32,000 nt of DNA from Dubosiella newyorkensis (GCF_001945605.1 NZ_MPKA01000064.1:6833-38832), one strand, 5' to 3'; shown: positions 7,161 through 15,743, counted from the first letter of the stretch. Notes: generated from the letters alone by a model not told the origin. A program made the numbers and translations.

Positions 7161-8774
7161 ATGAAAATCACAAACGAAATCAAAAATTTAACTTCTCATC
7201 TTCAATCTTTTTTTCATCTGCTCGTGCAGATGAAGCTTCAGAACACAACTGTAAAACTGCTTTTATGCGCACTGGCGACCGGCCTTTTCGAGATCCTTTT
7301 TTCTCTGGCATACGCCCGGGCCTTGGATCAAATTGCGCTTGAGGCGCTATGGCCCGTTATGCTCGTTTCCGGATTATGTCTTGCAAAGAGCGGAGCCATT
7401 CTCTTTCAAACAATACTGGACTGGCTGAGCCGCACAAACCGCAACGCCATGATCGCCAAACTGCGCCATGAAATGATGCATTCCATCCTGAATATGGACT
7501 ATGAATATTTTCTAACATTTTCCAAAGGAGAGCTCATCGACAAGATCCAGGCCTCCACCTTTGATCTGGCCGACAATCTTGGCATGTTCCTGCCCGATCT
7601 TTTCCGGCATGTCGTGATCGGAACGATCACGCTGGCTGCCGCCTTCTGCTTTGCGCCCGCACTTTCCTTCGTTTTTCTCGTCCTATGCATACTAATGTTA
7701 ATAACACAAATCTATGGCGGAAAATTTTGTGAAAAGCCGATGAACGAAATGATCGCTATGCGTAATAGGCGGGACTCCTGTATCCACGAACTGCTTTCCC
7801 ACACAAAAACGATCCAGATTTTTGATCTGGAATCTTTTGAAAAGAAACAGTTCCATCAGTCATCCGAACATTTTATCGCCTCTTTTTCCAAAGCCATGCA
7901 ACGTCTGGCGTCTGCGTTCAGTCCGGCGCGGATCTTTAATGACTGCGCGATCCTGTTTCCTTGCGTTCTGGCCGTCTTTGCGGTACGCGATCATACGCTG
8001 TCTCTTGAGCGGTTTTTCACTCTGCTGTTTCTTTGGAACATCTGCGCACAAGAATGGAAAGGACTCGACGCCATATTCGGCAATCTGCCCGGACTGCTTG
8101 CCAATTACCGCGATCTTGATCAAATCTGGAACATGCCAAAAGAAAGAACTATTTCATACCCTATTCCTGAAGATACAGTACTCCTTGAAATCAAAGATCT
8201 AGGATATGCCTATCATGACAAAACACCAGTCTTTGCCAATGAGTCCTTAAAGGTCAATTTTGAAGAAAAAATTGCTATTGCCGGAAAAAACGGGTGTGGA
8301 AAAACAACATTTCTGCGCTGTATTGCCGGCCTGTATACCCGCTATACCGGAGTAGTAGCCCGATCTCAATCTCTCAAAATCAGCTACGCCGGACAACGTC
8401 CGGGATGGTTCGAAGCTAGTTTTCGCGACAATCTCGATCCGTTACATATCCATTCCGACCAAGAGATCCACGCCTATCTCAAAGCATTCGATCTCGATTA
8501 TCTATGTGGTAGGATCGATCAGATCCCTGCCGATCTGTCGGGTGGCGAAAAACAGCGGCTAGCCATCATTCGATCTTTGCTCGAAGACCCGGATATTTTG
8601 CTTTTGGATGAGGCAACGAGCGCCGTAGACGCAAAAATTGCCCGCACCATTCATGAACAGCTAACATCTAGACCGCATCTTGCACTTCTTTCGATTGTGC
8701 ATGATCCTTCCGTGCTTGATTTGTATGACCAGGTCCTTGTTCTTGACTCAAAGGAAGGACAACACTATGAATAA
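7161..8774 (+). CDS. ABC exporter half-transporter (TMD-NBD), subunit 1 of a heterodimer
   Basis: Walker A GKNGCGKTT, signature LSGGEKQR, Walker B ILLLDEATSAVD, H-loop SIVHD. About 6 TM segments in the N-terminal half. Confidence 0.85.
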   Translation: MKITNEIKNLTSHLQSFFHLLVQMKLQNTTVKLLLCALATGLFEILFSLAYARALDQIALEALWPVMLVSGLCLAKSGAILFQTILDWLSRTNRNAMIAKLRHEMMHSILNMDYEYFLTFSKGELIDKIQASTFDLADNLGMFLPDLFRHVVIGTITLAAAFCFAPALSFVFLVLCILMLITQIYGGKFCEKPMNEMIAMRNRRDSCIHELLSHTKTIQIFDLESFEKKQFHQSSEHFIASFSKAMQRLASAFSPARIFNDCAILFPCVLAVFAVRDHTLSLERFFTLLFLWNICAQEWKGLDAIFGNLPGLLANYRDLDQIWNMPKERTISYPIPEDTVLLEIKDLGYAYHDKTPVFANESLKVNFEEKIAIAGKNGCGKTTFLRCIAGLYTRYTGVVARSQSLKISYAGQRPGWFEASFRDNLDPLHIHSDQEIHAYLKAFDLDYLCGRIDQIPADLSGGEKQRLAIIRSLLEDPDILLLDEATSAVDAKIARTIHEQLTSRPHLALLSIVHDPSVLDLYDQVLVLDSKEGQHYE

Positions 8775-10413
8775 GTCATGGCAAACAATCCGGCTTCTCA
8801 TCAAAGAAAGCCCGAAATATTGGCGCCTTTCCATCCTGGGCGCCATCCTTGCTTCCCTGCCCTGGTTTGTTTCGACATGGATTGTTTCGTGGTTTCTTGC
8901 AAAGGCTATTGACCAGGTGAATGATATGGCTTGGGATCCGGTCGGAGCATTCATCTTCGTCCTTTTTGTGATCATAATGTTGCGTGTACCGGTTATATAT
9001 GGATATCGTCTTAATTCATGGGCTGCCGAAAAGCTTTCTGCCCGCTTTCAATGGAAACTGCTTCGCTCATGGAATCGAAGAGATCCAGCTGATGTTTCGA
9101 TTTCTTTCAATGAAACATTGACCCGGATCCTGAACGATTGCGCGCAGTCCCTTTCCGAGTTTTTCTTTCAAGGCTTTGGCTTGAAAATACTAGAGCCAGT
9201 CCTGACTGGTGTGATTGCCTTGGTCGTTCTCTGGATGCTGCAATGGAAAATCGCTCTGCTTTCGATCGGACTTGGCGTCGTTTTATCGATCTTTACGATC
9301 AAGTTCACAAAAACGATCGAAGATCTGCATGCTGCACTTCAAACCAAAAACGACCAGTTGAACCAGATTTTTAATGATAATTTATCCAATATGGAAACGA
9401 TCAAAGCGATGGATCTAAGATCCCTAAAGCTCGATCAGTTCGATCGTTGCAGCTGTGAGATCCAAACCACAGCCAATCAGTTGGCAAAAATAGAGATTCT
9501 ATTAAAAACGCTCCCAAAGCTTGGCGAACTGATCCTGATCGTCTTCACGTTGCGCTTTTCGGTTCTTGATCCGGCTTTTCCGGTTGGCAATATCGTTCTA
9601 GTCGTAGCCATGCAAGTGTTTGTGAACAATTTGTTCTCCAACTTTGGAACGATGCGTAATGAGCTCGTCAAAACAGCCATTCATGCGCATAGGATCCTCG
9701 ATACGCTCGATGAGTTGCACAGCTCTGAGCGAAAAGAGAATAAAGCCATATCTTTTCCGGACCCTGTTACATTTTTTCAAATGGACCACATCGATTTTTC
9801 CTATGGAAACCAATCAATCTTACGAGATGTTTGTCTTGTTGCGAAGAAGGGAGAGCTGATGATATTAAAAGCGCTTTCAGGAAGTGGAAAATCGACTTTG
9901 CTTGATATTATCCAGGGATGGAGACAAGCAGAACACGGAACAATTTTGTGGAATGGCCAAAAACACATTCATTGCGGACTTTTTGAAACAAGAAAGAAGA
10001 TCCGGCTATTTGGGCAAGCCCCTGTGCTTTTTCAAGGAACCATTCGAGAAAACATTGAACTCGCCGCATCTAGACCTTTAAACGAAGAAGAACTGAAAAA
10101 GATAGCCGTATCGGTCAACTGGCAAAATTGCGAAATGGAAACCATGATCGAAGAGGGAGGTTCGAATTTATCGGGAGGCCAGCGACAGAAAATCACATTG
10201 ATGCAGGCGCTCGTGAGCGATGTGGACGTTTTGCTTCTCGATGAACCAACATCGGCTCTGGATCAAAAGAGCGAAGAAGTGGTATACGAAACTTTGAATC
10301 GACTCAAACAAGAAAAAATCCTTTTGATCGCGACGCATCGACCTTTGCTGATTCGCAAAGCGGACAGCATCTACTCTTGGCAAAACAAAAAATGGGTTCA
10401 TATCGACCCATAA
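8767..10413 (+). CDS. ABC exporter half-transporter (TMD-NBD), subunit 2
   Basis: Track ORF 8680..10413 trimmed to the ATG at 8767 (MNKSWQTIRLL), which overlaps the subunit-1 stop by 8 nt. ALSGSGKST, LSGGQRQK, VLLLDEPTSALD, ATHRP. Confidence 0.85.
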   Translation: MNKSWQTIRLLIKESPKYWRLSILGAILASLPWFVSTWIVSWFLAKAIDQVNDMAWDPVGAFIFVLFVIIMLRVPVIYGYRLNSWAAEKLSARFQWKLLRSWNRRDPADVSISFNETLTRILNDCAQSLSEFFFQGFGLKILEPVLTGVIALVVLWMLQWKIALLSIGLGVVLSIFTIKFTKTIEDLHAALQTKNDQLNQIFNDNLSNMETIKAMDLRSLKLDQFDRCSCEIQTTANQLAKIEILLKTLPKLGELILIVFTLRFSVLDPAFPVGNIVLVVAMQVFVNNLFSNFGTMRNELVKTAIHAHRILDTLDELHSSERKENKAISFPDPVTFFQMDHIDFSYGNQSILRDVCLVAKKGELMILKALSGSGKSTLLDIIQGWRQAEHGTILWNGQKHIHCGLFETRKKIRLFGQAPVLFQGTIRENIELAASRPLNEEELKKIAVSVNWQNCEMETMIEEGGSNLSGGQRQKITLMQALVSDVDVLLLDEPTSALDQKSEEVVYETLNRLKQEKILLIATHRPLLIRKADSIYSWQNKKWVHIDP

Positions 10414-10450
10414 GATAACTTAAAGCATTTTCATCAAAAAGAATCCATTT

Positions 10451-10514
10451 AAACGCTCCCCTTAAAACGGATAAGCGAAATTTCTAAATAGAAGTTTTGT
10501 AAGGGGAGCGTTTT
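10451..10514 (+). terminator. long inverted repeat (14-bp arms AAACGCTCCCCTTA / TAAGGGGAGCGTTT, 35-nt loop) downstream of the ABC operon
   Basis: Arms at 10451-10464 and 10500-10513, followed by T-rich sequence. The loop is unusually large for a simple terminator. Confidence 0.4.
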
Positions 10515-10723
10515 AGCATATTGTCGAGTTGTATAACGATCAAAATTTCTGTTTAAAAAAACAAATAAAATTTACTCGATTCCCATAGACTACGCCTTCC
10601 GCTTTTTAATTTGAACTTATCTCCAACATTTTAAGGTTAAATGACGGAAATAGTTTCTTAACAATCTGCAATTATTTTTAGGTATCCTGATAGAAAATAG
10701 GAAATTTTTCCGTAAATCGAACA

Positions 10724-10752
10724 CAAAAAAAGCTTCCCGTTTGCAGGAAGCT
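10724..10752 (-). terminator. rho-independent terminator of the murF-ddl/racemase/acyltransferase operon
   Basis: AGCTTCC (10731-10737) pairs with GGAAGCT (10746-10752). A7 at 10724-10730 gives a U-run on the minus strand. Lies 6 nt after the stop at 10758. Confidence 0.75.
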
Positions 10753-10757
10753 AAAGA

Positions 10758-11771
10758 TCAAATCAAATTATTCAAGATCGGATACTTTTCTTTTTCCCGT
10801 ACGATCAAGGAAGCAAGTCCTTGCGATAAAGCGATCGTCAAGAAATAGACGACAAGATTGGCGTTTGGAAAAAACATGAACAAGATCCGAACGAATAAGA
10901 TATGCGATGTATAGATAATCAAAGAATCGTAGCGCAAGATCTTGTACTGTTGACGATACGGGATCTTTACCGCCAGTAAATAATTGACTAAAAAGTACGT
11001 GGCCGGCACGAGCATCAAATACATACAGCTCAAATCATACATCATGCCGATCCGAGTATAGATCCAAACTTCCAAGATCAAAAGCGCGAAGCAGATCGAA
11101 AATGCGATCAAGCTCACCCTTGTTGGAAGCCTTCTTGTCTTCGCTAACAATAAACCGAGCGCCAAATACATCGGTCCAAAGAAAAACCCATCTCGCGCCG
11201 TGACTAGTGTTTTCGTAAAAAAGCCATATAAGATAGATACATAAGGCAGTTTTTCCCACAATGGCGCGTATACGTTGATCAAATATCCGATCAAGTAAAG
11301 AGCAAAGGCTACTTTGAGCGTAAAGGAAAGTCCTTTTCGCTTATAGATCTGATATACGATTGCCATCCCGATGATAAGAGCTGGCAAAAACCATAGATGA
11401 TAATAGCTTCCATTCAAGAAAAAATCACGAATATAGGCGAAGATCGAAATCAGTGAAAAGCCAGAACTCGCATAATTCCAAATCGTATAAGGAAGATAAA
11501 TCACCGTCCAGATCAAATAAAGCTTCAAGATCCGCCATTCATAGTGTTTAAAACGAAAGTCGTTTTCCTCTTCATCCTCGCTCCATTTCCGAAAAAAGAA
11601 ATAGCCCGATACGACAAAGAAAAATGGGACCGCCAGCCGGCAAACCGTCTGGATAAAATACGTATTGAACGTTTTAGAAATATCGACAAACGGATACACA
11701 TGGATACATACGACAAGCAGTGCAGAAATGTAGCGGGCGATATCGATCGCCCCAAATTGTTTTCCCCTCAT
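10758..11771 (-). CDS. acyltransferase-3 family integral membrane protein, resembling the N-terminal membrane domain of VanT
   Basis: About 10 TM segments. Motifs RLAVPFFFVVSGYFF, YHLWFLPALI, ARDGFFFGPMYLALG. SD AGGGGAA. Starts 13 nt after the racemase stop. Confidence 0.8.
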   Translation of the reverse strand: MRGKQFGAIDIARYISALLVVCIHVYPFVDISKTFNTYFIQTVCRLAVPFFFVVSGYFFFRKWSEDEEENDFRFKHYEWRILKLYLIWTVIYLPYTIWNYASSGFSLISIFAYIRDFFLNGSYYHLWFLPALIIGMAIVYQIYKRKGLSFTLKVAFALYLIGYLINVYAPLWEKLPYVSILYGFFTKTLVTARDGFFFGPMYLALGLLLAKTRRLPTRVSLIAFSICFALLILEVWIYTRIGMMYDLSCMYLMLVPATYFLVNYLLAVKIPYRQQYKILRYDSLIIYTSHILFVRILFMFFPNANLVVYFLTIALSQGLASLIVREKEKYPILNNLI

Positions 11772-11784
11772 AATTCCCCTAATT

Positions 11785-12933
11785 CTATTTCTTTGGCAGT
11801 CTAGGCAGCCTAGAGGCCAAGGATGTCAGCGTTTCATTGTTGATGGTGTTCATCATTCTAGAAATACGGTCGATCGTCACTCGATTTCCTTCTTGTTCGC
11901 CAACGATCACCGCTTCATCGCCCTCTTGCACGCCTTCGATCTCTGTCACATCCGCCATGCATTGATCCATACAAATGTTTCCGATCAATTTAGCCTTTTT
12001 CCCATGAAGCAGCACTTCTAGGCCTTGATTGGAGACAAGACGAGAAAGTCCATCCGCGTATCCGATCGAAAGTGTCGCGACCTTCGTTGGCTTTTGAGCG
12101 ACAAAATGCCGTCCATAGCTCACGCTTTCTCCGGCTTTGATCCACTTCACCAAACTCACATTGGCTTTTAAAGTCAAGATCGGCTTCAGACCAAGATGAT
12201 AGGCAGTGTCGATCGAATCATCGCTCGTCATACCGTTGAACAAAAGCCCAGGCCGGCAATAATCGAAACCAAGATCCCCATAATTCAAGATCCCATAACT
12301 ATTTTGAATGTGACGCAAACCAGGATCGATCCCTTCCTCTTTTAAATAAGAGATCGCTTCCTCAAACAATTCGATTTGATGTTTCGTGAAGCGTCGAGCG
12401 TCTTGTCCAAGGTCATCGCTGACAGGAAAGTGGGAAAAGATCCCCTCCACTCTTAAATACGGCAATTCATAGATCGTTTTGAGCGCTTCTATTTCTTTGT
12501 GCCCATCCTGAAAAGGAATCCCGATGCGATTCATTCCCGTATCCAATTTAAGATGCCCGCGAACGACAACATCCTTCGCTTTGGCAAAGTCATTGAGCTT
12601 CTTGGCGTACTCTTCCGAAAGGAACGACTGCACAAGGTCGTATTCAACAAGTTTTGAAAAGTGTTCTGGCGGAGTATAGCCTAGAATCAAAATATTTTCT
12701 TGGATCCCGCCTTCTCTCAGCTCGATGGCCTCATCGACACTCGAAACCCCAAAATAATCGATCCCAAGATCTCTTAATGTTTTTGCGATCGGCAAAGCGC
12801 CAAGACCATAGGCGTTGGCTTTGACGATCCCCATGACCTTGGTCTTGTTCATGAGCTTTTGGATCTCTTTCAAGTTGTGCTCGATCGTATCATAATCGAT
12901 CTCGCACCAAGCGCGTGAATACGCTTCTAGCAT
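11785..12933 (-). CDS. alr: PLP-dependent alanine/serine racemase (Alr fold; VanT catalytic-domain-like)
   Basis: PLP-Lys motif VKANAYGLG; SYGRHF; GNICMDQCMADV. Near the C-terminus it has TINNE where Alr has TINYE. The start ATG overlaps the upstream stop (ATGCTAG). Confidence 0.85.
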   Translation of the reverse strand: MLEAYSRAWCEIDYDTIEHNLKEIQKLMNKTKVMGIVKANAYGLGALPIAKTLRDLGIDYFGVSSVDEAIELREGGIQENILILGYTPPEHFSKLVEYDLVQSFLSEEYAKKLNDFAKAKDVVVRGHLKLDTGMNRIGIPFQDGHKEIEALKTIYELPYLRVEGIFSHFPVSDDLGQDARRFTKHQIELFEEAISYLKEEGIDPGLRHIQNSYGILNYGDLGFDYCRPGLLFNGMTSDDSIDTAYHLGLKPILTLKANVSLVKWIKAGESVSYGRHFVAQKPTKVATLSIGYADGLSRLVSNQGLEVLLHGKKAKLIGNICMDQCMADVTEIEGVQEGDEAVIVGEQEGNRVTIDRISRMMNTINNETLTSLASRLPRLPKK

Positions 12934-15344
12934 GCACTGACCTCTTTTTCCATCGCAAGATCGATCAAAAGATCGATCAATTCAGTAAAGGAGATCCCTG
13001 CAGCTTGCATCATACTTGGATAACGGGAAGTCGCTGTGAAGCCAGGAAGCGTATTGATCTCGTTAAGAACGATCTCGTTTTCTTCGGTCACGAACATATC
13101 GACACGCGCCATCCCCGTGCATCCCATGATTCGGAACGCTTTTTTCGCCAATGCTTGCGCGTTGGCGAATGTTTGTCCATCAATACGAGCTGGACAATAA
13201 ATATTAGCGCCTTTCATCGCGTACTTGCCTTCAAAATCAAAGATGGCGCTTTGGATCTCGATCTCGTCGACACTACCGACCTGGATCTGATCATTTCCTA
13301 AAACGGCGCAGCCGATCTCGAAGCCATTGATCGCTTCTTCGATCAAGATCTTTCCTCTTCCATCCCATTTGAACGCGTCTTTTTTCGCTTCTTCAAATTG
13401 GCTCTTTTCTTCGACAAAATGAACACCATAGCTGCTTCCCGCGTTGCATGGCTTGATGACCCACGGGAGCGGAAGCTGTTCTTGGATCTCTTCAAAGCTT
13501 GGCTGCTCTTCCCATGCCTTCAAACAAATATATCGGGCGCAAGGAATGTGCGCTTGATCGCATAAAATATGCATAATCTCTTTATCCATGCACATCGCCG
13601 AGGCGAGAATATCGCTTCCTACATAATGAATATTCATCATTTGCGCCAATCCTTGGAAGGCGCCATCTTCTCCATTTTTTCCATGGAGCACCGGGAATAT
13701 CACATCGAGAGGAATAAAAATCTCATTGTCCTTGTCATAGACGCCTTTATGCATCCAAGAACAAGAATGAATATACTCTTCTTTTTTCCACGTATCGCTT
13801 TCGATTGCTTCGATCGGACCCGTATAAATAAAGAATTGTCCGCCTTCATCGATTCCAATGCACGTTATATCGTATTTTGAGCGGTCGATCTGGTGTAGAA
13901 AACTGCCTGTCGAATGCAGCGAAACCGAATACTCACTGCTTTGTCCTCCAAAAACGACCCCCAATTTCAATTTTGCCATACTTCCTCCTGCTGTTAATTG
14001 TTTTACGATCGTATCCATCGCCATTGCACGGCTTCCTTTGATCAAGATCACACAATCCTCTTGAAGCAAAGGAAGCAAAGCTTGTACGATTTCTTCTTTC
14101 GTTTGAAAAGATGCTCCATTCTCGCCAAACGCCTTCGCGCTTTCTACGCTCAATGGACCATATGTATAAAGCTGGTCGACACCATGCTCTTTAGCGTACT
14201 TGCCAATCGAAGCGTGGAGTTCTCTTTCTTCATTTCCTAGATCCAGCATATCACCTAAGATGGCGATATGCTTTTGAGCCGGAAGGGCAAGGAGCGTATC
14301 GATCGCCGCCTTGGCGCTTTCCGGATTCGATTTATATGAATCGTCGAGAACGCGGGCATGTTGAAGCGTGAGCAGTTGTGTCCGCATCTTCGTCATTTCT
14401 AAGTTTTTAAGTCCTTGTAAGATCGTCGCATCCTCGATACCATCGTATTTGGCAGCAAGAATGACCGGCAATGCGTTCATCGCTTGATGGGCGCCCAAAG
14501 CATGCAGCTCGATCAAATCCTGGATGCCATTGGTTTTAAAGAAGATCGAATCTTTTCCATAATCGATCGAGGAAACGATCGAAAGCGTGCCTCCTTGGCC
14601 AAAGGATCGGATCGTTTTGCTCGGATCGAGTTTTTTCTCTTGCAGTACTTCTTCGATTTCCGGCGATTCTTTATTGTAGATCAATACGCCACCTTCCTTG
14701 AGTCCATCATAGATCTCCAGCTTCGCTTCGGCGATCTGCTTTTTTCCGCCTAGATTTTCCATATGGGCGGAACCGATCGTCGTAATGATCGCGATATCCG
14801 GGGGCGCGATCTTTGTCAAATAGGTGATCTCGCCTTTGTTTTCCATTCCCATTTCAAGGATCGCGACTTGCAGATCGGCATCAAAGTCTAAGATCGTCAA
14901 AGGAAGTCCGATCTCGTTGTTTCGATTACCTGGTGTCGCCGCGCTCTTCTTTACAAGAGAATAGACACTTTTCACCATATCTTTACAGCTCGTCTTGCCA
15001 TTGGACCCCGTGATCGCGATCACTTCGGCATCTAAAGAAGCTAAATACGCTTGCGCGAGCTGGCCTAGCGCTTCGATCGTATCTTCCACCAAGATCAAAG
15101 GGATCCCTTCTGGATAAGGGGTATGATCTTTTTGCCAAAAAGCAAGAGCGGCTTGTCCGTTTTTAACTTGTTCAATAAATGAATGCCCGTCATTGTGAGC
15201 GCCTACGATCGGAACGTATACATTGCCTTTTTGCACATTTCTCGAATCGATCGTTACGCCTTTTACGATTGTGTCTGGATCGTATGGTCCGCAAACTTCA
15301 CTTTGCATGTAGGTCGCGATTTCCGCGATGGTCTTTTGAATCAT
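12927..15344 (-). CDS. murF-ddl: bifunctional fusion: MurF (UDP-MurNAc-tripeptide--D-alanyl-D-X ligase, aa 1-455) plus Van-type D-Ala--D-X ligase (aa 456-805)
   Basis: MurF part: ITGSNGKTS P-loop, DDSYKSNPESA, ILGDMLDLG. Ddl part: KLGVVFGGQSSEYSVSL, HGKNGEDGAFQG, GFEIGCAVLGN, NTLPGFTATSRYP. It is one uninterrupted 805-codon ORF in the track. Confidence 0.85.
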   Translation of the reverse strand: MIQKTIAEIATYMQSEVCGPYDPDTIVKGVTIDSRNVQKGNVYVPIVGAHNDGHSFIEQVKNGQAALAFWQKDHTPYPEGIPLILVEDTIEALGQLAQAYLASLDAEVIAITGSNGKTSCKDMVKSVYSLVKKSAATPGNRNNEIGLPLTILDFDADLQVAILEMGMENKGEITYLTKIAPPDIAIITTIGSAHMENLGGKKQIAEAKLEIYDGLKEGGVLIYNKESPEIEEVLQEKKLDPSKTIRSFGQGGTLSIVSSIDYGKDSIFFKTNGIQDLIELHALGAHQAMNALPVILAAKYDGIEDATILQGLKNLEMTKMRTQLLTLQHARVLDDSYKSNPESAKAAIDTLLALPAQKHIAILGDMLDLGNEERELHASIGKYAKEHGVDQLYTYGPLSVESAKAFGENGASFQTKEEIVQALLPLLQEDCVILIKGSRAMAMDTIVKQLTAGGSMAKLKLGVVFGGQSSEYSVSLHSTGSFLHQIDRSKYDITCIGIDEGGQFFIYTGPIEAIESDTWKKEEYIHSCSWMHKGVYDKDNEIFIPLDVIFPVLHGKNGEDGAFQGLAQMMNIHYVGSDILASAMCMDKEIMHILCDQAHIPCARYICLKAWEEQPSFEEIQEQLPLPWVIKPCNAGSSYGVHFVEEKSQFEEAKKDAFKWDGRGKILIEEAINGFEIGCAVLGNDQIQVGSVDEIEIQSAIFDFEGKYAMKGANIYCPARIDGQTFANAQALAKKAFRIMGCTGMARVDMFVTEENEIVLNEINTLPGFTATSRYPSMMQAAGISFTELIDLLIDLAMEKEVSAC

Positions 15345-15367
15345 TTTTGAGCCTCCATTTGGAAAAC

Positions 15368-15376
15368 ATTATAGCA
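15368..15376 (-). promoter_or_regulatory. extended -10 element (TGCTATAAT) of the murF-ddl operon promoter
   Basis: Minus strand reads ...GCTGTGCTATAATGTTTTCCAAATGGAGGCTCAAAAATG. The -10 lies ~24 nt upstream of the start and the SD GGAGG sits in between. Confidence 0.5.
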
Positions 15377-15516
15377 CAGCTTCTCACAAATAGAGAGGAA
15401 GCCGAAAAAAAACACATATCCCTCTTGAAAACGGTTTCATTTGTGTTTTGTGACCGATAAATAGCTTTTTTTTGAACAATTTGGAGGAAAAACGTAAAAA
15501 ATAGAAGCAATTCCCC

Positions 15517-15528
15517 CACAAATTTGTG
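15517..15528. repeat. perfect 12-bp palindrome CACAAATTTGTG; core ACAAATTT recurs at 15554-15561
   Basis: Seen directly in the 400-bp murF-ddl/HIT intergenic region. Possible operator. Confidence 0.35.
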
Positions 15529-15681
15529 ATTTTGGTCATTTTCACATATTTTTACAAATTTATCCCATATATTACGATTCAGCTTATGCTATACTGTTAA
15601 ACAAGCAAGGAACAGAAGGCCTTGCCGGTATGAAATCGTGAATAGATATTCATACTATTTTCTATCCCCTTAATTTTATGG

Positions 15682-15711
15682 AAAGCCAGGCCTCCCCTTA
15701 GCCTGGCTTTT
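15682..15711 (+). terminator. stem-loop AAAGCCAGGC-N9-GCCTGGCTTT plus a short T-run, upstream of the HIT gene
   Basis: 10-bp GC-rich stem seen directly. Preceded ~90 nt upstream by an extended -10 (TGCTATACT, 15587-15595). The T-run is only 4 nt. Confidence 0.4.
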
Positions 15712-15743
15712 CATATGCGTTGGGGGTCAAGGAGGGAGAAAAA

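Noticed and set aside
6959-7342. A 127-aa track ORF, with an internal ATG at 7040 that has a strong SD, overlapping the start of the first ABC gene.
   Set aside because: It is out of frame with and overlaps a well-supported ABC exporter whose N-terminus already looks complete. The product is low-complexity. I kept it only as a possible leader/uORF observation, not as a gene.
9871-9897. ABC subunit 2 Walker A reads ALSGSGKST, which I first took for a degenerate, asymmetric ATP site.
   Set aside because: It still satisfies the P-loop consensus [AG]-x4-G-K-[ST]. The Walker B Glu and the H-loop His are present in both subunits, so there is no sequence evidence for a degenerate site.
10159-10167. 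GGTTCGAAT, a tRNA T-loop-like string.
   Set aside because: It lies inside the ABC NBD coding frame (EEGGSNLSGG). There is no acceptor or anticodon stem around it.
13221-13223. The possibility that the fused ligase is a VanA/Leuconostoc-type D-Ala-D-lactate (depsipeptide) ligase.
   Set aside because: The DdlB Tyr216-equivalent (aa 708, in FEGKY) is still Tyr. From memory, depsipeptide ligases have Phe (Leuconostoc/Lactobacillus) or a different omega-loop with His (VanA). No VanH-like dehydrogenase is nearby. The racemase and membrane-domain neighbours point to D-Ser instead.
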